Shown: piece after piece, positions 17,996-28,560 of the stretch | Numbering within the stretch: position 1 is the stretch's first letter | Layout of the letters: each line of letters starts with the position of its first letter | From: Lysobacterales bacterium | GTDB taxonomy: Bacteria > Pseudomonadota > Gammaproteobacteria > Xanthomonadales > SZUA-5 | Assembly: GCA_022844165.1 (NCBI GenBank) | Contig: JALHMH010000036.1 | Location: forward strand, 1 to 48,045 | DNA: 48,045 nucleotides | Reading direction: 5' to 3' | Position numbers and translations under genes: made by a program | The notes under the pieces: generated by a model | The model's input: the letters and a program-made list of their open reading frames with translations, nothing else | Told to the model about the DNA's origin: nothing | Databases searched by the model: none

Positions 17996-20900
17996 CCGGA
18001 CTGCCTGGCCAGGCACCGCCACGACTCATTGCCTGCCAGGCCAGTTTGATCCAACGCACCAACGAGGCCGCCAGCCAAAGCGCGAATGCCAACATCAGCG
18101 CTTTGTACCACCAGATCGAAATGCTGAGAGCGTTCGCCTGCGGCAGAGCACCGGTACTGCGATCGGCGAGCCAGGACAATCCGTAGACATCGCCCTCAAT
18201 CAGCATATCGGGCGATCCCAGCAAGCCAAATGGGATTGCGGAAACAATAGCGAGCAACGCCAATCCCGCCAACCCTGCAAGTGCCAGCTGCGCCAGCCGA
18301 AATTGCCAGGCGCGCAAATGGCCGGGCAAATAGCGGGCGCGCGCATCGAGCGCAAGGAAAGCCACAATCACCAGCACCAGCAATTCCATGCTGACGGCCG
18401 AAAAACCCAGCACCAACAACAGCCAGTCGCGAACACCTAACAAAGCTCGCTGACTCCGGCCCAGGCCAAAGCCGATGGCCAACAAGACGAACAATGTCGA
18501 CCAATAAAGCACTGCCGGGCCGACGTGTGGACCCCAAAGTCCCAGAACCCAGCGATCTGCGGGCAGCGCCAGTGTGAGACTGACATTGGCTGCCTCCATG
18601 CCCAGATCCAGCGGCGGCGTTTGCGAATGCAGCGAGATGGCTGCGTCCTCGCGCCACACCAATGCGATGTTCTGTGTGCCGGGTTTGATCGGCAGGCCCA
18701 GGGCGCCCTGGTCCGGGCGCAGATTCATCGCCTGCCCATCGATGCTCAGCGACAGCAGCTCGGCGGTGGCGGGCAATTGCACGGTGTGGCTGCCGCCTCG
18801 GGTGGCACGAATCCTCAGGTCCAGCGAATGTGTTTGTGTGCGTTTGCCGATTGCGCTCGAAAGGGAAACGGCATCGGCGACCATCGTTGCGCCGGGAACG
18901 GCTGCGGGCCGCGTCAATTTGAGCGTGAGCGTTTCGCCTGGCAGCGGATGAAACTGGCTGACCCACATTTCGCTCTCGACGATGCCGCCTTCTGGTTCGG
19001 ATGCCGGAACGCCCTCGTGCGCGAGTGAGAAACTTGGCCCCACGACCACCCGCCAAACTTCACTACGGGCGCTTTGTTCGGGTGCCGACAGCGCCAGCGA
19101 ATCGAGCCGCTCCAGGCGCGAGGCGAACAGATACTGCGTTTCGCCCGGTGGCAGTGGCACCTCGACGTTTCCATCCTCGACCTTAAGGGCGGTGTCCAGC
19201 AGCTGTTCGCCTTCGATCAACGGCACCCGGACCGATAAACCGCCGTCGATCGGCGCCACGCGCTCAACGCGCGTCTCCACGGTCCAATCGAGCTCGAAAC
19301 GCAACTCACGCACGACGCGCACAAAGGGCTTGATTGGCGCACGTACGCTGCGGCCACTGCTGCCCTCCGGTGTCGCTTCGCGCACCAGCTCCAGGCGGTC
19401 AGCCAGCAATTTGCCATCGCGCACACCGCCGATCGTCCAACCGGGTGCGTCCACGGCAATCGCGCCCGGCGGCATCGGGAACTCCAGCGCGACACGGTCG
19501 CCGCGAATCTCGCCTGTGAGCACCGCGCGATGCACTCCGCGCACAAAAGGTGCGACGCCCAACCCGGCAAGTGGAGCGGCGGTGCCGTCGATGTTGAGCG
19601 CCGTATTTGCCAACGCCGTGTCGTCCAACGGCAAACTCACCAGCACGTGCGCGGCCGCGTGAATATCCATGGTCAGTTCAAAGCGCTCATCCGCTATTCG
19701 CGCCGTTGCCGTTGGCATGCTGGCGCAAGCGCCCGCACAAACGGGCGCGGCGATCAGGCGTTCGCGCAGTTCCGCCAGCAGTTCAGGCGAGGGTATGTCG
19801 TTGGCCGATGCCGGTGCGACGAACAGCACAAGACTGGCCAGCATCGCCTTGCGCGGCAGTCGCGTGCGCCACAGATGCAATCCGATCCAGGCCAACCCCA
19901 GCACCAAGAGCCAACGCCAAAGCGATGTCATCCAGGGCGGCGACAGCCAAAGCCGCAACGATTGGTCTTTGGCGATAGGGCCATCGAAACGCAGCGATGC
20001 AGACGCCCAACTCCATGTGGGTCGCGCGTTGCCCGCTTGAATCACCGCATCCTTGGCATAACGCTCCATTTTCCGCCGCTCGGGCGCACGCGAAGCCAAT
20101 ACGTTGACGGCGCTTTCGACAACGTTGCGTTGATACTCGTCGGATGCAACTTGCGGCGCGGGCGATGGCTCCGCGAACGTGACCGGAACTCGCGGATCGA
20201 AGTTCGAGCCCGCCAGTTGAGGATGCAATGCGTACCGCGCCTGCGTCATCGCAAAGTTCAGCGCCACAACCACAAAGGCCACTGAAAACACCGCAACCAG
20301 ACCCTTGAGCAGCGAATGCAGGCGTCCCTGCGGCAGGGCACGTAATGCCAACAACGACAGCAGCAAGGCGATCAGGCTGTAGCGTGGAACGTCAGGCTCG
20401 TGCGCGCCCAGCACCACGAGCGCTGCGACGCCGATGCTCAATGGCCAGCCGCCGACGCGCCAGGCGAGAACGGCAGCAAAGGCGGCAATGAAGACCGTGT
20501 AGATGCTCCACTGCGTGATCCATGCACTGCCGGTTGTGTCCGGGCCGGAGGCGTACAACAGGCGATAACCGGGCGGCAGATTGAGGTTGATTGTCAGCGC
20601 ATCGAGTCGCTCGCTCCAGCCATGTGCAGGCATGCGGCTGATGCCAGCCAGGCGCGCCGTGGTGCTCACCTCCAGCGCCGGATAGCGCACTTCGATCCCG
20701 CGATTGTCTGTCGAACCCGTCACCAGCAGCGGCTCGCCACGCTCAGCTGCACTGGTCAGCACAAATGGAGCGGATAAGTCGAGCCGAAATCGCTCGCGTA
20801 TCGAGCCGCTCAGGCGATCGACAACGGTGTATCCATCGCCGTCGAAGTCGAGCCACATATCGCGGTTGAGCGATAGCCGATTGCTGCCCCTGCCGAAGCC

Positions 20901-21878
20901 GCGGCTGCGTTCGGCTAACGCAATGGACTCGCCGTTCTGGACGCTAAAGGCGGGGTAACTGCGCCAGGCCTCCGGTACGCTGGCTTGGGCCGGATCAATG
21001 GGTGCGGCGCCGGTGACATCCACGACGCGCAATCGTGGGTCGGCCGCAAAGCTCCAGATCTCCGTTTGTGGCCAATCCTGCGCGGGGAATTCGAAGCTCA
21101 ACGCGTTGCCCGGCGCGAGTGAGCGCGCACGCAACATCAGTGTGAAACTGCCTGCGGTCGCTTGCACACGCAGCCGCCGATCTGCTTCGACGATCGCCGG
21201 AAGCGTTCCGTCCATGGAGGTCAGTTCGAAACCACTCGGCCACGCCGGACCCAATCGAATTTCGCGGGCCTTGCCGGCAACGTGCAAAGTCAGTTGGGTT
21301 GTCAACTGTTGTGGCAGGGTATCGCTCCACAGGCGGTGGACTTCTAACTCCAGCGCATCGCGTTCGGTGGCGATCTGAGCGCGCGACAGCCACAGGGTGG
21401 TGTTCTCGCGATTCAGCGGAAACACCGGGCGACCATCAACTGCGAGCCGAATCAAGCGATAAATGTCTGGCACAGCCAGCGATTCGAAGCCACCCTCCGG
21501 TGCCGCCAGCCGATAGGCGAGCGTATGGCGGCCGGTCGGGAGCCAGGTCTTATCGCCTTCCAGGATGGCAGCCTGTCCGTTGACCGTTAGATCCAGTGGG
21601 CCGCCGTTGGCGGTCATCAGCGGTACGTAAGCGTCGGCGAACAGCCAGACGGCGCTCTCGACGCGAGCGTCGCCATGGATATCGATGCGGGTCGCGCCCG
21701 GCAACACGCAGGCGAAATTGTCGATTCCCTGTGGCGCCTGATGGGCGAAGAAAGGGCAGTTTCGCCACGTCTCGCCATGCAGTACCCAGGGTTGCCAGCC
21801 CGCCAGAGGCGCCGGCACCTGCGGTTCTGCCGATGCAACACCGAATCCCAGAAGCAACATCCAGATTAGTTGGCGCAT
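17979..21878 (-). CDS. Large (~1300 aa) exported/multi-pass membrane protein of unknown function
   Basis: Long ORF with signal peptide MRQLIWMLLLGFGVASA and two clusters of TM helices. No catalytic motif recognised. Confidence 0.85.
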   Translation of the reverse strand: MRQLIWMLLLGFGVASAEPQVPAPLAGWQPWVLHGETWRNCPFFAHQAPQGIDNFACVLPGATRIDIHGDARVESAVWLFADAYVPLMTANGGPLDLTVNGQAAILEGDKTWLPTGRHTLAYRLAAPEGGFESLAVPDIYRLIRLAVDGRPVFPLNRENTTLWLSRAQIATERDALELEVHRLWSDTLPQQLTTQLTLHVAGKAREIRLGPAWPSGFELTSMDGTLPAIVEADRRLRVQATAGSFTLMLRARSLAPGNALSFEFPAQDWPQTEIWSFAADPRLRVVDVTGAAPIDPAQASVPEAWRSYPAFSVQNGESIALAERSRGFGRGSNRLSLNRDMWLDFDGDGYTVVDRLSGSIRERFRLDLSAPFVLTSAAERGEPLLVTGSTDNRGIEVRYPALEVSTTARLAGISRMPAHGWSERLDALTINLNLPPGYRLLYASGPDTTGSAWITQWSIYTVFIAAFAAVLAWRVGGWPLSIGVAALVVLGAHEPDVPRYSLIALLLSLLALRALPQGRLHSLLKGLVAVFSVAFVVVALNFAMTQARYALHPQLAGSNFDPRVPVTFAEPSPAPQVASDEYQRNVVESAVNVLASRAPERRKMERYAKDAVIQAGNARPTWSWASASLRFDGPIAKDQSLRLWLSPPWMTSLWRWLLVLGLAWIGLHLWRTRLPRKAMLASLVLFVAPASANDIPSPELLAELRERLIAAPVCAGACASMPTATARIADERFELTMDIHAAAHVLVSLPLDDTALANTALNIDGTAAPLAGLGVAPFVRGVHRAVLTGEIRGDRVALEFPMPPGAIAVDAPGWTIGGVRDGKLLADRLELVREATPEGSSGRSVRAPIKPFVRVVRELRFELDWTVETRVERVAPIDGGLSVRVPLIEGEQLLDTALKVEDGNVEVPLPPGETQYLFASRLERLDSLALSAPEQSARSEVWRVVVGPSFSLAHEGVPASEPEGGIVESEMWVSQFHPLPGETLTLKLTRPAAVPGATMVADAVSLSSAIGKRTQTHSLDLRIRATRGGSHTVQLPATAELLSLSIDGQAMNLRPDQGALGLPIKPGTQNIALVWREDAAISLHSQTPPLDLGMEAANVSLTLALPADRWVLGLWGPHVGPAVLYWSTLFVLLAIGFGLGRSQRALLGVRDWLLLVLGFSAVSMELLVLVIVAFLALDARARYLPGHLRAWQFRLAQLALAGLAGLALLAIVSAIPFGLLGSPDMLIEGDVYGLSWLADRSTGALPQANALSISIWWYKALMLAFALWLAASLVRWIKLAWQAMSRGGAWPGSPVSASS

Positions 21879-21935
21879 GGCGAACTCCGGTCGATGCATC
21901 GCTGGCATGCTACGCCCAAGACCTAAGGCGCATCG

Positions 21936-22874
21936 ATGACAGATTCAGAATCATCCAACAAGAGGACTACCCCGTCGGTAGCGCTGGTATTGGGCGCGGG
22001 CGGCGCGCGCGGTCTGGCGCATATCGGTGCGATCCAGATTCTGCTCGAGCGAGGCTATCGCATTGCCGGCATTGCAGGTTCGTCGATGGGTGCGCTGGTC
22101 GGTGGCATCCACGCCGCCGGTAAGCTGGACGACTACGCGGTTTGGGCCAAGGCCCTGGAACGCGGCGACGTTCTTCGCTTGCTCGACTTCACGTTCGGCT
22201 CGCCCGGGCTCATCCGCGGCGAGCGCGTGATTGGCGCATTGCGCGATCTGGTCGGCGAACATGCCATCGAATCGCTGCCAACCCGTTTCGTTGCGGTTGC
22301 CACCGATCTGCGCAGCCAGCGCGAAATCTGGCTCACGCAAGGTTCTTTGTTTGATGCGATTCGTGCCTCGATTGCGATTCCCGCGGTGTTCACGCCGCAT
22401 ACGATCGGCGGGCGCGAAGTGGTCGACGGCGGGCTGCTGGCGCCAGTGCCGATCACGGCGACGAGGCTATTTCAGGCTGACATTGTCATCGCTGTCGATG
22501 TCAACAGCGCGCCGCTCCCACCCGCGTTGCGCGGGTTGCGCCCGTCAGTCGCCTCGCCATTGCTGCCGCAAACGGAGGCCAGCGCCGAACAAGCCGGACT
22601 GCATGCGCGCATCGAGCAGTTCCTGGCCCGGCTCGTCGAACGCAAACCGGTGGTCGAGCAGCCCGGGCTGATGGAGCTGGTGTCCCGCTCGTTGGATGCC
22701 GTGCATGCGCGGATCAGCCAGATGCAGTTGGCTCTGGATCCGCCGGATGTTCTGGTCCAGGTGCCGCGCGATTCGTGTTTCTTCTACGAATTCTGGCGCG
22801 CCGAGGAAATGATTGCGATTGGCCGCAGTGCAGCCATGAAGGCGCTCGATCACTATGAGGCACTTGCCAAATAG
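21936..22874 (+). CDS. Patatin-like phospholipase (RssA/NTE family)
   Basis: Motifs GAGGARG, GSSMG (GxSxG) and DGG. Confidence 0.94.
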   Translation: MTDSESSNKRTTPSVALVLGAGGARGLAHIGAIQILLERGYRIAGIAGSSMGALVGGIHAAGKLDDYAVWAKALERGDVLRLLDFTFGSPGLIRGERVIGALRDLVGEHAIESLPTRFVAVATDLRSQREIWLTQGSLFDAIRASIAIPAVFTPHTIGGREVVDGGLLAPVPITATRLFQADIVIAVDVNSAPLPPALRGLRPSVASPLLPQTEASAEQAGLHARIEQFLARLVERKPVVEQPGLMELVSRSLDAVHARISQMQLALDPPDVLVQVPRDSCFFYEFWRAEEMIAIGRSAAMKALDHYEALAK

Positions 22875-22973
22875 CGCGCTGCGGCCTTTGCGGACCGTCC
22901 TCATGGACATTCCCGGGCGTTGGTCAAGGCCACCAATCTGGCTCGAATGGCCGTTGCGGTGTAGTGTGCGCGC

Positions 22974-25172
22974 ATGCCCAAAAAAACTCCTGTTGCACCC
23001 AACCCCACCCAGGTTCTGGCATTCCTTCAGGCCAAAGGCCAGTTGATGAAGGCCGAAGCCATCGCCGACGAGCTCGGTTACAAGTCCGCACCAGGGATCG
23101 AGGCGATGCGTGCCCTGCTCGACGAACTTGTCGTGCAGGGCCGGCTGCTGATGAACCGACGCGGCGGCTTCGGCATTGCCGCGCGCATGGATCTGATTGC
23201 CGGCAGCGTCATCGCAAACGCCGAAGGCTTTGGGTTCCTCAAGCCCGATGAAGGGCAGGGCGACATTTACCTTCCGCCCAATCAAATGCGTCAGGTGTTG
23301 CATGGCGATCGGGCGCTGGTCAGCGTGGTCGGTCGCGATCGCCGCGACCGTCCAGAAGGCGCCATCGTCTCGATTCTGTCGCGGCGCTCTCCGCGGATCG
23401 TCGGGCGTTATCTGGAAGAGGCTGGCTTTGGCGTTGTTGCCCCCGATGATCGCCGCATACATCAAGACCTGTTGATCCCTTCGGGCGCAGCCGGCGGCGC
23501 CGCGCCGGGCGATATCGTAGTGGCAGAAATCACCGAGCCGCCAACGGCGCATCGCCAGCCGGTGGCGAAGATCGTGCGCGTTCTGGGCGAAGACATCGGT
23601 ACCTCGTTGGCGGTCGATATGGCGATCGAAAGCCACGGTCTGCCGCACGAATGGCCAGAGGTTGTGCTCCATCAGGCGGCAAAGATCTCCGATACGGTGA
23701 AACCGGCACAGCGCAAGAATCGTGAGGATCTTCGTGAGCTGCCGCTGGTGACCATTGATGGCGAAGATGCGCGCGACTTCGACGACGCCGTTTGGTGCGA
23801 ACCACTGCGCAGTGGCGGGTTCAAGTTGATCGTCGCGATAGCCGATGTCGCCAGTTATGTCGTCGCAGGGACCCCGCTGGATGATGAGGCGCAGGCCCGC
23901 GGCACCAGTGTCTACTTTCCACAGCGCGTCGTGCCGATGTTGCCCGAAAAACTGAGCAACGGCATTTGCTCCCTGAAGCCCAACGTGGATCGCTTGTGTC
24001 TTTGCTGCGAAATGCGCATCGACAAGAATGGCGAAGTGACGCGCTCGCGATTTTTCAGTGGCGTGATGCGTTCGGCAGCGCGGCTGACGTATCGCCAGGT
24101 ATGGCAGGCCATCGGCGAGAAGCGAGCGGAAGTGCGCGAGCAGGTCAAACATGTCTTGCCGCAAATCGAGAATCTGTACGCGCTTTACCAGAGGTTCGCC
24201 GCACGGCGTGCGGCGCGCGGGGCGCTCGATTTCGAGGGCCAGGAAGTGCGCTTCGAGTTCGATGTCGATGGCAACATCGACGCCGTCAAACCTTACGAGC
24301 GCAATCCGGCGCACAAACTCATCGAAGAGTGCATGATCGCGGCCAATGTTGCCGCAGCGAAGTTCCTGAAGCGATCCAAGATCCCGGCTTTGTATCGCGT
24401 CCATCCGCGGCCACCGGTGCACAAGTACGAAGAACTGATCGCGTTTTTGTCGTCGGTTGCAATCAACATTCCAGCCTACGAAGACCTGACGCCAGCGGAT
24501 CTGATGGTGGTGCTGGAGAAGGCGCGCAAACGCCCGGATGGTGCGCTGATCCACGCCGTGGTGTTGCGTTCGCAGAGCATCGCAAGTTACGCACCCGCGT
24601 GCGACGGGCACTTTGGGCTCGCGCTTGGCGCCTACGGACACTTCACCTCGCCGATTCGGCGCTATCCGGACTTACTCGTCCATCGTGCGATTTATCACGC
24701 TCTCGCAGGCGGCAAAGCGGATGACTACACCTACAGTGACGCGCGAATGGGAGACCTTGGCCGGCACTGCTCTGCAACCGAACGGCGTGCCGATGAGGCC
24801 AGTCGGGATGTGGTCGATCGCCTGAAGTGTGCCTATATGGAGCGACACCTCGGCGATGAATTTGAGGGCGTGGTCACCGGCGTTGCGACGTTCGGTATGT
24901 TTGTCGAAATTCCCGAAACCAAAATCACCGGCATGATTCACGTCACGCAGTTACCCAATGACTATTACCACTACGATCAACGGCGCCATTGTCTGGTCGG
25001 CGAACGCCGTGGCTTGAAGTTCCAGCTCGCCGATCGGGTGAAGATCAAAGTGCTGCGCGTCGACGCCGTCGAGCGCAAAATCGACTTCAAACTGGCCGGA
25101 GACGAGCCGACACGCGCGGACTCAGGCAATCGGCAGCAGTTCGGCGATCGCCAGAAGCGCCGCCGACGCTAG
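22974..25172 (+). CDS. rnr: Ribonuclease R
   Basis: N-terminal HTH and cold-shock domains, TIDGEDARDFDDA, HFTSPIRRYPDL, S1 domain and basic tail. Confidence 0.97.
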   Translation: MPKKTPVAPNPTQVLAFLQAKGQLMKAEAIADELGYKSAPGIEAMRALLDELVVQGRLLMNRRGGFGIAARMDLIAGSVIANAEGFGFLKPDEGQGDIYLPPNQMRQVLHGDRALVSVVGRDRRDRPEGAIVSILSRRSPRIVGRYLEEAGFGVVAPDDRRIHQDLLIPSGAAGGAAPGDIVVAEITEPPTAHRQPVAKIVRVLGEDIGTSLAVDMAIESHGLPHEWPEVVLHQAAKISDTVKPAQRKNREDLRELPLVTIDGEDARDFDDAVWCEPLRSGGFKLIVAIADVASYVVAGTPLDDEAQARGTSVYFPQRVVPMLPEKLSNGICSLKPNVDRLCLCCEMRIDKNGEVTRSRFFSGVMRSAARLTYRQVWQAIGEKRAEVREQVKHVLPQIENLYALYQRFAARRAARGALDFEGQEVRFEFDVDGNIDAVKPYERNPAHKLIEECMIAANVAAAKFLKRSKIPALYRVHPRPPVHKYEELIAFLSSVAINIPAYEDLTPADLMVVLEKARKRPDGALIHAVVLRSQSIASYAPACDGHFGLALGAYGHFTSPIRRYPDLLVHRAIYHALAGGKADDYTYSDARMGDLGRHCSATERRADEASRDVVDRLKCAYMERHLGDEFEGVVTGVATFGMFVEIPETKITGMIHVTQLPNDYYHYDQRRHCLVGERRGLKFQLADRVKIKVLRVDAVERKIDFKLAGDEPTRADSGNRQQFGDRQKRRRR

Positions 25173-25230
25173 CCGGCGTAACAAGCAGGCTGATGCGGCA
25201 GCAACGCTGTCCGGCGAAAGGTGAGCCCAG

Positions 25231-26490
25231 ATGTTTGAGACGTTATCCGAGGAAGTGTTGTCGTTGGCGGTCGCTCTGGGCTGCGGGCTGCTGATTGGAA
25301 TCGAACGGGAGCAGCATAAAGCTGACCACGAGGGCCGCCAGGCGGCAGGTGTGCGCACCTTGGCGCTGGTGGCGCTGTCTGGCGCGGTAGCCAGTCTGCT
25401 TGGGCCGATGGCGATTGCCGTGACGGGTGGTTTTATTGCGCTCGTGGCTGTCGTCGGGTACTGGCGAACCCGCGATCACGAACCCGGGTTGACCACCGAA
25501 GTTGCGATCGTTTTGACCTTCCTGATCGGCATGGTGGCCGTACAGTCCCGCGCCCTGGCTGCAGGTGTCGCAGTCGTCGTGACCATCATCTTGCAGAGCA
25601 AGGGCGTTCTGCATCGCTTTTCGCACAAAGTCCTGACCGAGCAGGAGTTGAATGATGGCCTGCTGTTGCTCGCGTCGGCCCTGGTCATTCTGCCAATCCT
25701 GCCCGATGCGCCGATTGGCCCATTCGAAGGCTTGAACCTGAAACGCCTTTGGACGTTGGTGGTGTTGGTCATGGCGATCAACGCGCTGGGTTACGTGGCA
25801 ATGCGCATGGCCGGGCCACGCCTCGGTTTGCCGTTGACCGGGCTGGTGGGTGGATTCGTGTCCAGTTCGGCCACTATCGCCAGCATGGGGCACCGCGCAC
25901 AAGCGGATCCGGCGCTCTTGCGCGCGGCTGCCGCGGGCGGTATGGCATCCAATCTGGCCACGTTGACCATGCTGGTGGCCATCACCATTGTGATTGATCG
26001 AGCCGTTCTGCTCAGTTTGCTGCTGCCACTGGCGCTGTCTTTTGTGGTCGTCGCCGTTGCGTCGGGTTGGCTCGGCTGGCGCGCATGGCGCGCAACGTCG
26101 ATCGCAGCGCAGAGCAACGGTCAATCGCGTCCATTTCACTTCGGCCACGCGCTGAGTTTCGCCGGACTGATTGCCCTGGTGCTGGTGGTTTCGGATCTTT
26201 TGGCCAGCGTCCTGGGCGATATGGGCGCGACCATCGGTGCTGGTGCCGTCGGTTTTGCCGATGCGCACGCGCCTGCCGTGTCGCTCACGGAACTTGCCGC
26301 CCAAGGCCGTATTGATGTCGCGAGCGCGCAATTGGGCATTCTGCTGGCCCTCTCCAGTAATACGCTGACCAAAATCGTGATCGTGCGCAGCATTGGCGGG
26401 CCGCGTTATGCGCGCTACATGCTGCCGGGCCTGCTGCTGATGTTGCTCGCCCTGTGGTTGGGATACGCAGTTTCGCGCTGGCCGTTGTAA
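25231..26490 (+). CDS. MgtC/SapB-family membrane protein with DUF4010-like domain
   Basis: Motifs GLLIGIERE, AGVRT, GLTTE and GGFVSSSAT; many TM segments. Confidence 0.9.
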   Translation: MFETLSEEVLSLAVALGCGLLIGIEREQHKADHEGRQAAGVRTLALVALSGAVASLLGPMAIAVTGGFIALVAVVGYWRTRDHEPGLTTEVAIVLTFLIGMVAVQSRALAAGVAVVVTIILQSKGVLHRFSHKVLTEQELNDGLLLLASALVILPILPDAPIGPFEGLNLKRLWTLVVLVMAINALGYVAMRMAGPRLGLPLTGLVGGFVSSSATIASMGHRAQADPALLRAAAAGGMASNLATLTMLVAITIVIDRAVLLSLLLPLALSFVVVAVASGWLGWRAWRATSIAAQSNGQSRPFHFGHALSFAGLIALVLVVSDLLASVLGDMGATIGAGAVGFADAHAPAVSLTELAAQGRIDVASAQLGILLALSSNTLTKIVIVRSIGGPRYARYMLPGLLLMLLALWLGYAVSRWPL

Positions 26491-27020
26491 TGCAAACAGT
26501 GACTGACATCGAACTGCGATTGTCTTCTATCGAGCAACTCTTCGACCGGCTCGATCCCGCCCCGTTCCACGCCAAAGCCCTCGACCGCAATGCCGATGCC
26601 TACATTCAGGAATGCGCCGCCGAATACAGCGGCCATCATCCACTGCGAATCGTCATTTCTGGCCCACACGAACTCGGACAACACCTCGACGACATTCGAC
26701 TCGCCATCCACGAACATTTTGCGCTGGCACACCGCCAGGCGGAAAGGCGCCATCGTCGTCGTCGGCGCATCGGGCGCGTTGCACTGCTCGCGGGGCTCGC
26801 AACGCTGACCATTTCGCTGTTGATACGGCGTCTGGTCACGGATGTCGGCGGCCCGTGGTCGGATATCCTGGCCGAAGGGCTGTTGATATTGGGTTGGGTG
26901 GCGCTCTGGCGTCCGATCGAGACCATCGCCTTCGACTCCTGGGAGAGCCGCGATCAGCGCCGCCTGCTCGCCACGCTGGCGTCGATTCCGGTGGACTTTT
27001 CGGCTGCGATGGGTGCCTGA
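26490..27020 (+). CDS. Hypothetical two-TM membrane protein
   Basis: TAATG coupling to the upstream stop; QLFDRLDPAPF...GWVALWRPIE with two hydrophobic helices. Confidence 0.8.
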   Translation: MQTVTDIELRLSSIEQLFDRLDPAPFHAKALDRNADAYIQECAAEYSGHHPLRIVISGPHELGQHLDDIRLAIHEHFALAHRQAERRHRRRRRIGRVALLAGLATLTISLLIRRLVTDVGGPWSDILAEGLLILGWVALWRPIETIAFDSWESRDQRRLLATLASIPVDFSAAMGA

Positions 27021-27212
27021 GGCGCGCGATCCCACTATGGTTCGATTCAGGCGGCTACTCAGCTGCCGGCTATACCCGATCTCAAAACCCAATTCGTTGA
27101 CATTGAGCCGGAAATTGACCACCGAAAGTGAAGTTTCTTAGCAATTTGGCTTGCTTTCGGCTGGATGTTTTGGCAGCGTGAAGCTCCACACGGCGCGGCA
27201 GGGGAATTGTGC

Positions 27213-27797
27213 GTGGCGGGCGAAAAGGGCGGGCTGGCCGAGTTGTTGTGTGGCCTCGTTGGCCGGATCTCCCGTGGCGAGGCGAGCGCCGAGCAGGAGT
27301 TTATGGCGCGCTATCGAGTCACCGCCTGCGCCATTGCCGCGCGGCACTGCCGGCCGAACGAGCCGCAGCTCGATGACATTGTGCAAGACGTGTTGACGGC
27401 CGTGCTCGCCAAACTGCGCGCGGGCGCCATCCACGATCCCATCGCCCTGCCGCACTACTTGCAGCAAAGCCTCAAACATGCGTGCCTGGCGCACTACCAG
27501 AGTGTTGAGAAGGCGCGCGAACGGCACAGCGACACGCCCGTCGAATCCGTGCCGCAAACGCATAACGATCCGGTCGATCTGATGGAACACCGCCAACGCA
27601 AAGCCATCGCGCGGGCCTTGGTGGAGGCACTGCCGCAGCCGCGAGATCGCGAAGTCCTGAGGCGCTTCTACATTCTCGAAGAGTCGCGCGAGACCATTTG
27701 TCGAACCCTTCAAATCGACGAGCCACACTTTCGCAAAATCATGTCTCGCGCCCGCACACGGTTGCGTGAACTCGCAGACGAAAGGGGAATGTTGTGA
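27213..27797 (+). CDS. ECF-type RNA polymerase sigma factor
   Basis: Region-2-like DDIVQDV and region-4-like LPQPRDREVLRRFY...IC..L...IMSRARTRLRE. Start uncertain (ATG 27165 or GTG 27213 after GGGGA). Confidence 0.9.
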   Translation: MAGEKGGLAELLCGLVGRISRGEASAEQEFMARYRVTACAIAARHCRPNEPQLDDIVQDVLTAVLAKLRAGAIHDPIALPHYLQQSLKHACLAHYQSVEKARERHSDTPVESVPQTHNDPVDLMEHRQRKAIARALVEALPQPRDREVLRRFYILEESRETICRTLQIDEPHFRKIMSRARTRLRELADERGML

Positions 27798-27873
27798 GTC
27801 GCCTCGTTCGCAATCCTTGCGCGCTGCCACCCACCAGCGAACGGACCGGTCACGTCACCTGCCAGGCGCTCCT

Positions 27874-27899
27874 GGAACAAAATCCGTTCAAATTGTCAC
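27874..27899 (+). promoter_or_regulatory. Possible ECF-type promoter upstream of the anti-sigma gene
   Basis: GGAAC-N16-GTCAC in the ~180-bp gap between sigma and anti-sigma. Confidence 0.3.
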
Positions 27900-27978
27900 A
27901 ATCAGCGCTGCGACAACCCAACCGTTGTCCTCTCCTTTATCCGCATAGGGGAAACAACATCACGACCGGACCAATCCC

Positions 27979-28560
27979 GTGAGCGAGTTCCGCCCCACCA
28001 CCGAAGACATGGCACCTTGGCTGGAGCAAGCCTGGATGGAACGCTACCTCAATCGCGAACTGGACGAAGCCGAAAGCGATTGGTTTGAGGCGTATTTGTT
28101 GGATCGGCCGGGGTTGGTTGATCAAGTCAAATCTGAGACCAAGATTTCTGCCGCTACAAATGAGCGCGTCGTTCATGACAGACGAAATACTTGGCTGCCA
28201 TTAGCGATGTCTGCAGTTGCGGTCTTGGCATTATCGGGCGCGTACTTTAAGTTCACCGCGCAGGAGCCGAGTTGGGACGTACCGGAGGTATTGCGCATTG
28301 AAGGCGTAAGGGGTCTTGATGTCCACAGGTTGCCTTTACTCCCGAATTCCACGAGAGGCGATAGTCCGGTACTGTTTGAAATTATCGGTCCACAGAATGC
28401 ACGGACTATGTATTTGAGCCTCGTGCATACGGACAAAACGACCACGCGACTAGGGCCGGTGGCATCGAATGACGGCGTTTTTTTTGTCCTTGTGAGTCGT
28501 GAGAGTCTGAGTGGCGTATTGAGGATCAACTCGGAGTTTTCCAGGGGGGGCAATGATTGA
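27979..28560 (+). CDS. Putative transmembrane anti-sigma factor
   Basis: N-terminal anti-sigma-domain-like ERYLNRELDEAESDWFEAYLLD (no HxxxCxxC), one TM (WLPLAMSAVAVLALSGAYF) and a C-terminal extracytoplasmic domain; immediately follows the sigma gene. Confidence 0.7.
   Translation: MSEFRPTTEDMAPWLEQAWMERYLNRELDEAESDWFEAYLLDRPGLVDQVKSETKISAATNERVVHDRRNTWLPLAMSAVAVLALSGAYFKFTAQEPSWDVPEVLRIEGVRGLDVHRLPLLPNSTRGDSPVLFEIIGPQNARTMYLSLVHTDKTTTRLGPVASNDGVFFVLVSRESLSGVLRINSEFSRGGND

Noticed and set aside
27097-27125. Sigma70 promoter from the perfect TTGACA upstream of the ECF gene
   Set aside because: There is no plausible -10 hexamer at 16-18 bp spacing.
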